Positions 55,352 to 64,000 of a stretch of DNA of 64,000 nucleotides are shown here, piece by piece. The stretch is taken from positions 288,001 to 352,000 of the forward strand of contig CAWCNJ010000008.1 of assembly GCA_963796955.1 (NCBI GenBank), in the 5' to 3' direction. Origin of the DNA: Endomicrobiales bacterium (lineage in GTDB: Bacteria > Elusimicrobiota > Endomicrobiia > Endomicrobiales > JALOBY01). The translations under genes and the position numbers were made by a program. Within the stretch, counting starts at the first letter, position 1, and every line of letters begins with the position of its first letter. The notes beneath the pieces were generated by a model that was not told the DNA's origin, made no database searches, and saw only the letters and a program-made list of their open reading frames with translations.

Positions 55352-56872
55352 ATGAAACATTTTACGCTGTTTTTCTTAACATTGACATTGATCTCAACCC
55401 CGGCTTTTTCTGTTGAGATACACCCCAAAGCCGGCACTACCGCCGCTACTTTCTTAACGCTCGGGGCGGGAAGCAGGGCTGCCGCCATGGGCGGTGCCTT
55501 CGCGGGATTGGCCGACGACGTGACTGCGCTTTACTGGAACCCGGCCGGTCTTGCGCGTCTGGCGAATACGGAAGTCCATCTGACGCACAATGAACAGTTC
55601 GAAGGTATCAGGCAGGATTTTGCCGGCTACGCGACGCCGTTCGGCAAGGGTGTTATCGGCGGTGCGCTGTACGGTCTTTACACGCCGGTAGACATTGAAC
55701 GGCGTTCCGGCAACAGCGAGAACGATCCGTTCATGCCGCTCTCCAATTCTGAAGGGTTATTCGGCGCTTACGACACAGCCGCCCAGCTCTCTTACGCGCG
55801 TGTCATTAACGGACGTCTTTCAGCCGGGGCGAGCCTGCTGGCCATTTCGCAGACTATTGACAATTACACCGCCTACGGCGCAGCCATGGATCTTGGCCTG
55901 CAGTACGGATTGAAGGACAAGCCGGTAAGCCTGGGACTCGCCCTGCAGCATATCGGCACGCCGATAAAATTTATTTCGAAAAGCTACGACCTGCCCTTTA
56001 ACGTTAAGGCCGGCGGCGCCTGGTTCCCGAAACCAAATTTGAAGGTGACCTGTGACTTGAACCAACCGATAGACAACTGGCTTTCCGCCTCACTAGGCTC
56101 GGAATACTGTCCCAATAGATACCTTGCCCTCCGGGCGGGATACAATTATCTTTTGTACGGCCAGCCGCTTGGTGATGCCGCCGGCATCGCGGCCGGCGTC
56201 GGTTTTATCATACCGTGGCAAAAATACATAATAACGGTCGATTATGCCTTTCAACCCTACGGCGTGCTTGGCAACTCGAACCGTATTTCCGTCGGCATAG
56301 AATTTCCCGGCCGCGCGCCCGTGCGCCCGGCGCCGATATCCGCGCCGTCTAACACAACCGCGCCGGTAAAGGTTTCTACAACCTCCGCTGTTACCATTCA
56401 GGCGCCACCGCTTCCCTCGATCTCTCCGATCTCGCAGGCCGGCGCCACAGGTGCGGATTTCACCGTTCATGCAACTTCGACGACAGTAGAGCTTCGGCAG
56501 ATAGCCGGAAGGACCGTTATTTACTCGATCAAAGCTGAAGCAGCAACGGGTGACATCCGCCGTCTTACCGCAATGGCACGCTCTCAGGCTCTGCTGAGAG
56601 AGGTATCGATCAAGTTTTCCCAGGAACGAACGTCTTCCGACGGTAAAGCCGGAACGTACCGGCGCTATATGATCGAAAAGAATTGCCCCGCGCAGTTCTC
56701 TAACATCACTATTGAAATGAGCCTGCCGGTATCCCTGCACGAGCCTTTCATCAGGTCAAAGGAAGCCGGCTCGCCCATACTGCCGCGCGTGATCTCCAAA
56801 GAAAATGATTCGGCTACGTACCAATTCACCTTGCCGTCGTTAGAGCCGTTCTCAGTGGAGACCCATGAGTGA
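55352..56872 (+). CDS. PorV/PorQ-like (UPF0164) outer-membrane beta-barrel with a C-terminal extension
   Basis: FLTLGAGSRAAAMGGAFAGLADDVTALYWNPAGLA, DLGLQY, LALRAGY, VDYAF..LGNSNRISV, then a Pro/Thr linker and an extra domain. Confidence 0.82.
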   Translation: MKHFTLFFLTLTLISTPAFSVEIHPKAGTTAATFLTLGAGSRAAAMGGAFAGLADDVTALYWNPAGLARLANTEVHLTHNEQFEGIRQDFAGYATPFGKGVIGGALYGLYTPVDIERRSGNSENDPFMPLSNSEGLFGAYDTAAQLSYARVINGRLSAGASLLAISQTIDNYTAYGAAMDLGLQYGLKDKPVSLGLALQHIGTPIKFISKSYDLPFNVKAGGAWFPKPNLKVTCDLNQPIDNWLSASLGSEYCPNRYLALRAGYNYLLYGQPLGDAAGIAAGVGFIIPWQKYIITVDYAFQPYGVLGNSNRISVGIEFPGRAPVRPAPISAPSNTTAPVKVSTTSAVTIQAPPLPSISPISQAGATGADFTVHATSTTVELRQIAGRTVIYSIKAEAATGDIRRLTAMARSQALLREVSIKFSQERTSSDGKAGTYRRYMIEKNCPAQFSNITIEMSLPVSLHEPFIRSKEAGSPILPRVISKENDSATYQFTLPSLEPFSVETHE

Positions 56873-57755
56873 TCTGATCACCGCAGTCCTTCCCAGAACA
56901 CTGCTGATCCACCGGCAGTACGGCGAGCTCGCGAAAGCCTTCACCTCGGCGCGCATACCTTTCATGCTCCTGAAGGGCGTAGCCTTTATCGAATGTTTTC
57001 CGGATCTTATGCGCAGCCGGAACATGGAAGATATGGATATTATGGTGCCGCCCGCAAAATACGAGTCGGCGCGAAAAGTGCTTGCGAACCTCGGCTATTG
57101 GCCTGCCCCGCAGGATCCCGCCGCTCACATACATATAAGCCAGCCTGTCGCGGTAGATTTTTGCGACAACCTCTGGTACCTGGACCAGGCCGAGAACGAG
57201 GCATTATGGTCTTCCGGCTCGACCCCCTTGGGCGACGGAAGCAGGGTATTAAATCCCGTAGATTTTTATGTGCATATCTTCGCGCATGGAGCGATACATC
57301 ATGCGAACGCAAGTTCCAGATGGAAGCAGGACCTTGCCGTGCTCAACGACCGCTGGCATGTGGCGGGTCTGCCGGCGCTGACTGAGCGGCTGAGGATGCT
57401 TGGGTGGGAAGAACTGCATGATTTTCTGTTGAAAGGCAGAACACCGCACAAATTTCACACCCGGATAATGCTGCGTTTATCGGCCCCGAAAGCCGGGCAC
57501 ATCGCGCGGGTTCTTATGCTGAGGCGGAAAATGCTTGGGAAGTTTTTACTGGAGATATTTTTTCCCGACTCTCATTTTATCAGAGGAAGGTATGATGCTC
57601 AAACAGATGCTCAGGTACTGCTGTGGAAAGCTATGCGGCCTTTCTTACTGCTGAAGGACGTTTTAATAACTGCCTACCGACATGTTTTTCCTGGCGCCGT
57701 TAAAGCATCTGCCGAACACATACCAACCGCACCCGAAAAGAACGACCGCCCATAA
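56865..57755 (+). CDS. Uncharacterised nucleotidyltransferase family protein (NTP_transf_5-like, RiPP-associated type)
   Basis: IPFMLLKG..RNMEDMDIMV..LANLGY, H..H..H segment. Confidence 0.78.
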   Translation: MSDLITAVLPRTLLIHRQYGELAKAFTSARIPFMLLKGVAFIECFPDLMRSRNMEDMDIMVPPAKYESARKVLANLGYWPAPQDPAAHIHISQPVAVDFCDNLWYLDQAENEALWSSGSTPLGDGSRVLNPVDFYVHIFAHGAIHHANASSRWKQDLAVLNDRWHVAGLPALTERLRMLGWEELHDFLLKGRTPHKFHTRIMLRLSAPKAGHIARVLMLRRKMLGKFLLEIFFPDSHFIRGRYDAQTDAQVLLWKAMRPFLLLKDVLITAYRHVFPGAVKASAEHIPTAPEKNDRP

Positions 57756-58445
57756 GCATTGCGAAACCACTGAAACGGCCGGCGGGAATGACCCATCGAA
57801 CATTATCATGCGCCAGCTGTTAAGCGCCGCCGTTGTCGGCAATTGCGCTGCGATCGATGCGAAAGGCTTCGGCAATGCTCCTACCGGGAAATAGACGCCG
57901 CTTGCCAGGTCCACCAGTATCCCCAGCAGCCAGCCCGCAGGGTCGCCCCTTTTGTAAAGCATAATAAAACCAGCCGAGACCAAACCAATACCCGTGAACA
58001 TAGCGGCATGTACCAAAGCCAGAGGTATTACTAAAACCGCGAACCGGTTCAGCTGCACCCCGAACACTAAAACACCGACCAGCGCCATCACCGCGAATTC
58101 GCCGCAGGCAAGCAATAATTTAGAAGCGACACCTGAGATCACTATCGCGGCGGGTTCCACCGGAGAAAGGAAGAGATTTTCCGCGGTGCCCCAATACTGC
58201 TCGTTACGCACCAGTTCTGAACCGGCGCCCACGCAGATGGCGAAAAATCTGCTGAAAATAAGACCGGCAAAAACAAAGGGGAAATAACCCGCGGAAAACA
58301 GTATCGTGCCGCTGGGAATAAGAGCCCCGACAAAATAAAAGATCGTCATGTAAAACAGCGAGTTCAAAATTTTGACCGCAAGATTGAAGCGGTAACGCAG
58401 TTCCATCGCTATATCACGCAGAAAAAAGGCGCGCACGCTATTCAT
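57663..58445 (-). CDS. ABC-2 type exporter permease
   Basis: AFFLRD..LRYRF, EQYWGTAENLFLSP, SGVYFPV..LP..LPTT; about six hydrophobic helices. Confidence 0.88.
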   Translation of the reverse strand: MNSVRAFFLRDIAMELRYRFNLAVKILNSLFYMTIFYFVGALIPSGTILFSAGYFPFVFAGLIFSRFFAICVGAGSELVRNEQYWGTAENLFLSPVEPAAIVISGVASKLLLACGEFAVMALVGVLVFGVQLNRFAVLVIPLALVHAAMFTGIGLVSAGFIMLYKRGDPAGWLLGILVDLASGVYFPVGALPKPFASIAAQLPTTAALNSWRMIMFDGSFPPAVSVVSQCLWAVVLFGCGWYVFGRCFNGARKNMSVGSY

Positions 58446-59067
58446 TGCGTTTTACCTGCCCGTTGTCCATCCGGTATGTTACGGCGCCGAGCCTTTCCTG
58501 GTCAAGCGGGTCGTGGCTTACCGCCAGACAGCTGCAACCGCGCGCGGTCTCTTCACGCAAAAAGGCGCACACAGATTCGCGTGATGTTTCATCCAGACTG
58601 GCGCTGAATTCATCGATAATATAGGTGCGGGGTGTTGCAAGAGCGGCGCGTACGAAGGCCGCTTTTCGCTTTATACCGCTGGAGCAATGGGAGAGCGGTT
58701 CATTAAGCCACGGTGAAATACCGAAACGCCCGCACAAAGCAATGATACGTTCCTTAAGAGCGACCTCGGTGATGCGCCGCATCCTGCCGGGAAAAAACAG
58801 ATTATCCTTTAACGACAAAGCCTCATAGAAACCGCCTTCACCGCTGCCTATAAAAGAAATATCCTTGCGCGCGCCGTCAACTTTTCCTTTATCCGGCAGC
58901 GCCAACGTAGAAACAATTTTTAACAGGGTCGTTTTGCCGCACCCGTTCGGTCCGATGAGACAGGCTATCGTACCATCCGGTACAAAAATAGACGCGCCCG
59001 TAAGGACTTTTTTAGTGCCTCCGGGTACCGAAAAGGATTTATAGATCTCATGTGCTGAAATGCTCAT
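58438..59067 (-). CDS. ABC exporter ATP-binding protein
   Basis: GPNGCGKTT, signature variant CSSGIKRK, IIDE, VSHD. Confidence 0.85.
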   Translation of the reverse strand: MSISAHEIYKSFSVPGGTKKVLTGASIFVPDGTIACLIGPNGCGKTTLLKIVSTLALPDKGKVDGARKDISFIGSGEGGFYEALSLKDNLFFPGRMRRITEVALKERIIALCGRFGISPWLNEPLSHCSSGIKRKAAFVRAALATPRTYIIDEFSASLDETSRESVCAFLREETARGCSCLAVSHDPLDQERLGAVTYRMDNGQVKRNE

Positions 59068-59142
59068 TAATGAAAATTGTACCTAATTATTTCTAATTTT
59101 GCCAACTATTGTATGTCAGGAAGCAAAATTATGCGAAAAGCA

Positions 59143-59171
59143 TTGACTGTTCAATTTTATTTTATTAAACT
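59143..59171 (+). promoter_or_regulatory. Putative sigma70 promoter of the polysaccharide-export operon
   Basis: TTGACT-17 bp-TAAACT in an AT-rich divergent intergenic region. Confidence 0.55.
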
Positions 59172-59208
59172 TTGAATGTAAATTACTCATACTAAAAGTG
59201 AGGATGAG

Positions 59209-59640
59209 ATGCCAAAAATCAGCCCCCAAGTCTTTACGGATCCTATCATCCTCATTGCCGTGTTCATCTCGATAGCCGCGATCGGTATAATCGTGTGGGC
59301 TGCCATGAACTGGAAAAAGCTCACCATGAGCCATTCGGAAGCGGATGAGCTTGCTGCCTACGAAGACGACGCGAACGAACCCCAGCAGCCGACCGCCCGC
59401 AACATGGAATCAGCCGGCGTTTTTGAAGCCCAGCTGCAAGAAATAACCTGCCAATTGACCAACATAGGCACACGCCTTGAAACAATGGAAAAAGCACCGC
59501 AGACAGCTGCCGACCCGGAAAGAACAATGAGCTTTACGGTTCCGCCGGATATTGAACTGAAGCTGCGCAATATCGAGACAAAACTGGACGGCATCCACAA
59601 GCTTTTAATAATCCTGACCGACAGCGGGGATTCAAAATAG
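59209..59640 (+). CDS. Hypothetical single-pass membrane protein with coiled-coil tail
   Basis: One hydrophobic helix, then acidic and heptad-like segments; next ORF starts 2 bp later. Confidence 0.65.
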   Translation: MPKISPQVFTDPIILIAVFISIAAIGIIVWAAMNWKKLTMSHSEADELAAYEDDANEPQQPTARNMESAGVFEAQLQEITCQLTNIGTRLETMEKAPQTAADPERTMSFTVPPDIELKLRNIETKLDGIHKLLIILTDSGDSK

Positions 59641-59641
59641 C

Positions 59642-60226
59642 ATGAACGGCTCAAACAAAAATCTTGTCGCCCTGCTGATACTGGATCTGATCATCCTGAT
59701 CATAGCGGTAGGTGTTGCAGGCTTCAGGTACATGACCCTTACCGGTTCCGCAGTAAATCTTGAATTAAGCAAACCGCTTTCCACGCTTAAGCAACTTTCC
59801 GCAGGATCCTCACAGCTGACAAAAAAACCGCCGAATGATGCGGACTATGGCTCCGAAAATAATCTTTCCGATCTGCCTGGCGTCAACGAGGTCCCTGAAG
59901 AACCTGCGAAGGCGGCGCCGCCCCAGCCCGCGGCAAAACCAAATACCGGCAGTAAAGAAGTGCGCCGCATCGGCTTTACCTTCTTCAATTCTAAAAGCAA
60001 GCGGGTCGAGGTTATCGGAGACTTTAATAATTGGACACCGACACCCATGCAAAAGATAAATGCCAAACAATGGACGCTGGCGGTACCCATCGCACCCGGA
60101 GAATACGCTTACAATTTTATCGTCGATGGACGTCCCATCACTGATCCTAACAACAACAAAGTTTGCGATGTTGGCAGAGGATTTACTAATTCGCTATTAC
60201 GAGTGAAGCCACTACAGGAGCGGTAA
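59642..60226 (+). CDS. Membrane-anchored protein with glycogen-binding CBM48/AMPK-CBM-like domain
   Basis: N-terminal TM; VEVIGDFNNW..M..W..PGEYAYNFIVDG..DPNN. Confidence 0.8.
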   Translation: MNGSNKNLVALLILDLIILIIAVGVAGFRYMTLTGSAVNLELSKPLSTLKQLSAGSSQLTKKPPNDADYGSENNLSDLPGVNEVPEEPAKAAPPQPAAKPNTGSKEVRRIGFTFFNSKSKRVEVIGDFNNWTPTPMQKINAKQWTLAVPIAPGEYAYNFIVDGRPITDPNNNKVCDVGRGFTNSLLRVKPLQER

Positions 60227-60243
60227 GCTACGATATTCAACTC

Positions 60244-61974
60244 ATGAAAATAACCTTCAGACCGATCATGTTGCTCGCTATCATAGGTACCATTTTCACC
60301 GGCGCCTGGGCGGCCGCGCTGTCAGAAGGCTCTCTCCAATCCGATATTAACTTCTATCGCAACACCGCTGCCAAAGAAAACCTAAACTCAAATGACCGCG
60401 CCTATATCCTCAATCGCATTAAAGCGAAATACGCCGGAAATCCTGTCGACCTTTCACCGCTGAACGATGAGCTTAAAAATATCTCAGCCCCGGTCGCCGC
60501 TTCAAAACCGCAAGCAAAACACGGCGCACTCCACGTGTCACGTCAGCAACCGTCCGCGGCTCACAGTGTGCAAAAACTGCTTTTAAGTGAAAAACCTGAA
60601 GGCTCCGTCATCACTATTACAGCTTCCGGCGTTGAACGCTCAAATTATTTCCTGCTTAAAGACCCGGACCCTGCCGTTCAGCCTAAAATAGTTTTAGACC
60701 TCTACGGCGTTACCGATGCGCTCTCAAAAGCCGCTCGTGACATACATCCGAAGAAAGGTTTGTTCTCACGGGTACATTCCGGACTGTTCTCGAAAGAACC
60801 CAAAATAGTAAGGGTAGTGGCCGACCTGCGTCGTGACTGCCCCTATACGGTGCAAAATACCGGGAATCACTGGTTGATAGAAGCAAAGAACAACAACGCT
60901 TCGTCACCCACAGCAGACACAACGGCCAAGCCTATGCCGGCCACGACTGATACGACCGCGCCTGTTGCAACCCCGGCAGCGGTCCCGACCGCGGTTGCTG
61001 TCATCCCGGCACAGCCGTCGACGATGGTGCCCGCGCTTTCCAACAATTCAGACACAAATCAGTCACCCCCAGCTGCACCCGACGACACCATTCAGACGCC
61101 TTCGATAAATCTGAAAGACTATAAGATAGAAGCCGGCGATCTGCTTTCAATTTCCGTGATACCGGCGGAAGAATTGACCAGGGAAGTGCTGGTGCAGCCG
61201 GACGGCAAAATACCCTTCCCTCTTATTGGTTCCATTCAGGCGCGCGGCCTCACGGCCCATGCCCTTGAGGAATCACTACAAAAGAATCTCGGACGTTTTG
61301 TATCAAACCCACGCATAACCGTCGCGGTCCGGCAGTTCAGCCGCCGACAGGTGTTCATAACCGGAGAAGTTCACAGCGTAGGCTCCTACAGCTTTAAAGA
61401 TAACATGCGTCTGATGGAGTTTATTTCATCAGTAGGCGGTTTCACAGAAAGCGCCGACCGGGCGCACGTAAAAGTTTACCGGGGTCCGGCGACTAAAAGA
61501 CAAACTCATATCGTTGATCTCGATGTTATCATTAAATCAGGAGATTTCTCGAAAGACTTCCTGCTGGAGCCGGGCGACATTATAGAAGTGCCTAAGGGCC
61601 AGGCCCGTATCGCGGTGCTTGGAGAGGTACGCACACCGGGCTATTATGATTACAAAGAGAACATGAAACTTGTGGAACTTATATCCCTTGCAGGAGGATA
61701 CACCGACAGCGCCAAAATTTCCAACGTAAGCGTTATCATATCAGATTCAGGAGTGTCTTCCTCATCCTCAACCTTAACCTCAACCTCGCAAAAAGTCGTC
61801 AAGGTCAACCTGGACAAAATACTTTCCGGCGGCCAGCGCGATGTCAGTGTAGCGAGCGGTGACACTATTTACATACCCAAAAAAGGCCTGGCAAGCGCCG
61901 GCTGGTTCGTCAACAATATTCTGCCCTGGCTCAGCATAGTAGCGTTAGCCTTTGCAATAGGACCGAGGCTCTAA
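60244..61974 (+). CDS. Polysaccharide export protein (Wza/OPX family) with AMIN-like N-domain and SLBB repeats
   Basis: PKIVLDL..VRVVADL (AMIN-like); YKIEAGDLLSI..VQPDGKIPFPLIG..ARGLT; V.ITGEV..GGFT; LGEVRTPG..AGGYT. Confidence 0.85.
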   Translation: MKITFRPIMLLAIIGTIFTGAWAAALSEGSLQSDINFYRNTAAKENLNSNDRAYILNRIKAKYAGNPVDLSPLNDELKNISAPVAASKPQAKHGALHVSRQQPSAAHSVQKLLLSEKPEGSVITITASGVERSNYFLLKDPDPAVQPKIVLDLYGVTDALSKAARDIHPKKGLFSRVHSGLFSKEPKIVRVVADLRRDCPYTVQNTGNHWLIEAKNNNASSPTADTTAKPMPATTDTTAPVATPAAVPTAVAVIPAQPSTMVPALSNNSDTNQSPPAAPDDTIQTPSINLKDYKIEAGDLLSISVIPAEELTREVLVQPDGKIPFPLIGSIQARGLTAHALEESLQKNLGRFVSNPRITVAVRQFSRRQVFITGEVHSVGSYSFKDNMRLMEFISSVGGFTESADRAHVKVYRGPATKRQTHIVDLDVIIKSGDFSKDFLLEPGDIIEVPKGQARIAVLGEVRTPGYYDYKENMKLVELISLAGGYTDSAKISNVSVIISDSGVSSSSSTLTSTSQKVVKVNLDKILSGGQRDVSVASGDTIYIPKKGLASAGWFVNNILPWLSIVALAFAIGPRL

Positions 61975-63866
61975 TGGCCCAATACGAACTAAACTTTCAT
62001 GACTATTGGCGGATAATCGCCAAGCGCAAGCTGATAATCGCGCTTACCTCTATTTCCGTCCTCGGTTCCGCGATAGTTTTCACAAACCTGCAAACCCCCG
62101 TATATCAGGCCTCAGCGACCGTTAAAGTTGAACCTCAGCTGGTCATCGAAGGTGTTTCCACACCAGACCAATCCGGCTGGGATTCCATGACTGCGCTTAA
62201 TACTGAAGTAAAAATAATTAAGAGCACACTTATGGCAACGAGAACCGCCGTTAAACTGGGATTAATAGAACAGAATACTACCGAGGAGCAGAAGTCGGCT
62301 TACATCAGCGCTATTCAGTCCAAAGTAAGTGCTGACCGGATCGGTGATACCAACCTGATAACGATATCCGCAGAGTCGTCAGAGGCCGCTGAAACCTCAA
62401 AACTGGCGAACGCCACAGCCCAGGTGTATATTGAAAAAGGCATAGAAGATCGCAACCGCCGGGCAAGTGATATGCGAAAATTCGTTGAAAGTCAGCTTAA
62501 CGATGCCGAGAAAAAGCTTAAAAAATCCGAAGACGCGATGCGCGAATATACAGAACGAAGCGGAGCCAAAGGTATAGGCGGATATCTCACACAACATTTA
62601 ATGGAACTGGAAACCAGAAAAAGCGAACTTCAGAAAAAATTCACCGATCAACACCCGGAAGTGCTTAAACTTAAAGAGCAGATAAGCGCTACAGAAGGCC
62701 AGATGCGCGAGTTACCGGCGGAAGAATTGGAATATGCGCGCCTTTCCCGTGAAGTAAAGATCAATGAAGAGCTCTACACCTTGTTAGCGAAGCGCTTCAA
62801 GGAAGCTCAGATCACTGAAGCCGACCGGGTTCAATCAGCATTCATCGTTACGCCTGCTGTAGAACCACGAGCACCGGTAAAACCGAACCGCTCCGCGAAC
62901 ATTGCCGTCGGTGCATTTATCGGTGTCTTCCTGGGCTTCGTTCTTGCCCTTGTGATAGAGAATCTTGACACCTCAATAGGCACCATTGAAGACATGGAGA
63001 AATACCTTAACCTTCCCGTGCTTGGCGTTATTCCTCACGTCGACCTGGATGCAAAACAGAAAGCCTGGCTGGCAAAATCAAACGCGCGAGAACAACGGCT
63101 TAACCTTCTGCGCTCAAAACTCATAGTGTTTCATCCTTCCAAATCACCATTTTCTGAGGCATATAACACACTGCGCACGAACATGAAGTTCACCGCGCTT
63201 AAAGAAGGGAAAAAGATATTGTCATTTACCAGCGCCGGCATCTCTGAAGGCAAAACGATCACCACAGCGAATTTCGCTATCACCGCAGCCCAGAGCGGCA
63301 TGAAAACATTGCTGGTAGAAACCGACCTGCGCAGGCCTTCTCTGCACATGATATTCGGCCTGAACCGGGAGCCGGGCTTCTCCGACGCCATCATGGGCAC
63401 CAAGAAATGGTACGACGTGGTGCGCCGTACCACGGACTTTCTTCTTTCGGACCTTGGTGCCGAAAAGATCCTTTCCTACCCGGGCATCGAGAATCTGAAC
63501 CTGATGACATCCGGCCCAATGGTATCAAACCCCATGGACCTGCTGAACTCCGCAGAATTCGGAAAACTGTTGAAAGAATTCTCAGCCAACTATGACCTGG
63601 TGGTGCTGGACTGCCCTCCCATACTTATGTTCGCTGACGCCATGATAACCGGTACCCATACTGATGGAACAATAATCGTTTATCAGGTTGGACGCATGGC
63701 AAGGTATGCACTTAAGCGTGCTAAAGACCAGCTGCTGAATGTTAAAGTGCCGGTTCAGGGCGTCATACTTAACAATGTACGCTCTGCAGAGATCAGCAGC
63801 GATTACGGCTATGGGTATAACTATTCGTACAAATATTACGCCAAGGACAATGATATTCCCAAATAG
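61974..63866 (+). CDS. wzc: Polysaccharide co-polymerase / BY-kinase (Wzc family)
   Basis: Two TM helices, PVYQASAT, PVKPN, LPVLGVIP, EAYNTLRTN, SEGKT, DLRRP, LDCPP, C-terminal Tyr cluster DYGYGYNYSYKYY. Confidence 0.9.
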   Translation: MAQYELNFHDYWRIIAKRKLIIALTSISVLGSAIVFTNLQTPVYQASATVKVEPQLVIEGVSTPDQSGWDSMTALNTEVKIIKSTLMATRTAVKLGLIEQNTTEEQKSAYISAIQSKVSADRIGDTNLITISAESSEAAETSKLANATAQVYIEKGIEDRNRRASDMRKFVESQLNDAEKKLKKSEDAMREYTERSGAKGIGGYLTQHLMELETRKSELQKKFTDQHPEVLKLKEQISATEGQMRELPAEELEYARLSREVKINEELYTLLAKRFKEAQITEADRVQSAFIVTPAVEPRAPVKPNRSANIAVGAFIGVFLGFVLALVIENLDTSIGTIEDMEKYLNLPVLGVIPHVDLDAKQKAWLAKSNAREQRLNLLRSKLIVFHPSKSPFSEAYNTLRTNMKFTALKEGKKILSFTSAGISEGKTITTANFAITAAQSGMKTLLVETDLRRPSLHMIFGLNREPGFSDAIMGTKKWYDVVRRTTDFLLSDLGAEKILSYPGIENLNLMTSGPMVSNPMDLLNSAEFGKLLKEFSANYDLVVLDCPPILMFADAMITGTHTDGTIIVYQVGRMARYALKRAKDQLLNVKVPVQGVILNNVRSAEISSDYGYGYNYSYKYYAKDNDIPK

Positions 63867-63880
63867 CCTGACAACAAACT

Positions 63881-64000
63881 ATGAGACAGTTTGCCTGGCC
63901 CACCCTGATCGCAGTGCCTCTCATTATATTTATGGCCTACTTCATAGGCCGTTCTATTACGACATCTCCCTTCATAATAATAACGATCATATCAGCTATT
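63881..64000 (+). CDS. Start of a hydrophobic membrane protein, truncated by the window edge
   Basis: MRQFAWPTLIAVPLIIFMAYFIGRS.. open to the window end; follows wzc closely. Confidence 0.5.
   Translation, partial: MRQFAWPTLIAVPLIIFMAYFIGRSITTSPFIIITIISAI

Noticed and set aside
11827..59200. tRNA-integrated genomic island or prophage
   Set aside because: No integrase, transposase or phage gene, and no direct-repeat copy of the tRNA 3' end noticed downstream (the only copy seen is inverted and adjacent)

Overview
A gene-dense bacterial window with three parts. The protein style (giant Ser/Thr-rich proteins, a PorV-like barrel, a T9SS-like sorting domain) suggests Elusimicrobiota, but that is inference only. 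(1) 1-11.9 kb is housekeeping: an Opp/Dpp ABC operon, a tRNA nucleotidyltransferase, a PAS protein, mfd, two parvulin PPIases and tRNA-Gly(CCC), followed by a highly structured spacer. (2) 12.2-59.1 kb looks like one uncharacterised RiPP/giant-surface-protein locus. It contains a degenerate HD-GYP protein, an HPr-kinase-like protein, a PqqD/RRE protein and a radical SAM/SPASM enzyme. Next comes a 49-aa precursor peptide missing from the ORF track (15571-15720; YxxP leader, three Cys, C-terminal Ser). After that is a ~37-kb gene whose N-terminus is an S24/S26 peptidase fused in frame to an internal signal peptide and a repeat-rich exoprotein. This gene is broken into five ORFs by five single-base indels that can be located from its own repeats, and repairing them gives 12,345 aa. 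Downstream are a PQQ-propeller protein with a T9SS-like C-terminal domain, a PorV-like barrel, a nucleotidyltransferase and a convergent ABC exporter. (3) 59.2-64 kb is the start of a Wza/Wzc surface-polysaccharide operon. All family calls come from motifs read by eye; no searches were run.
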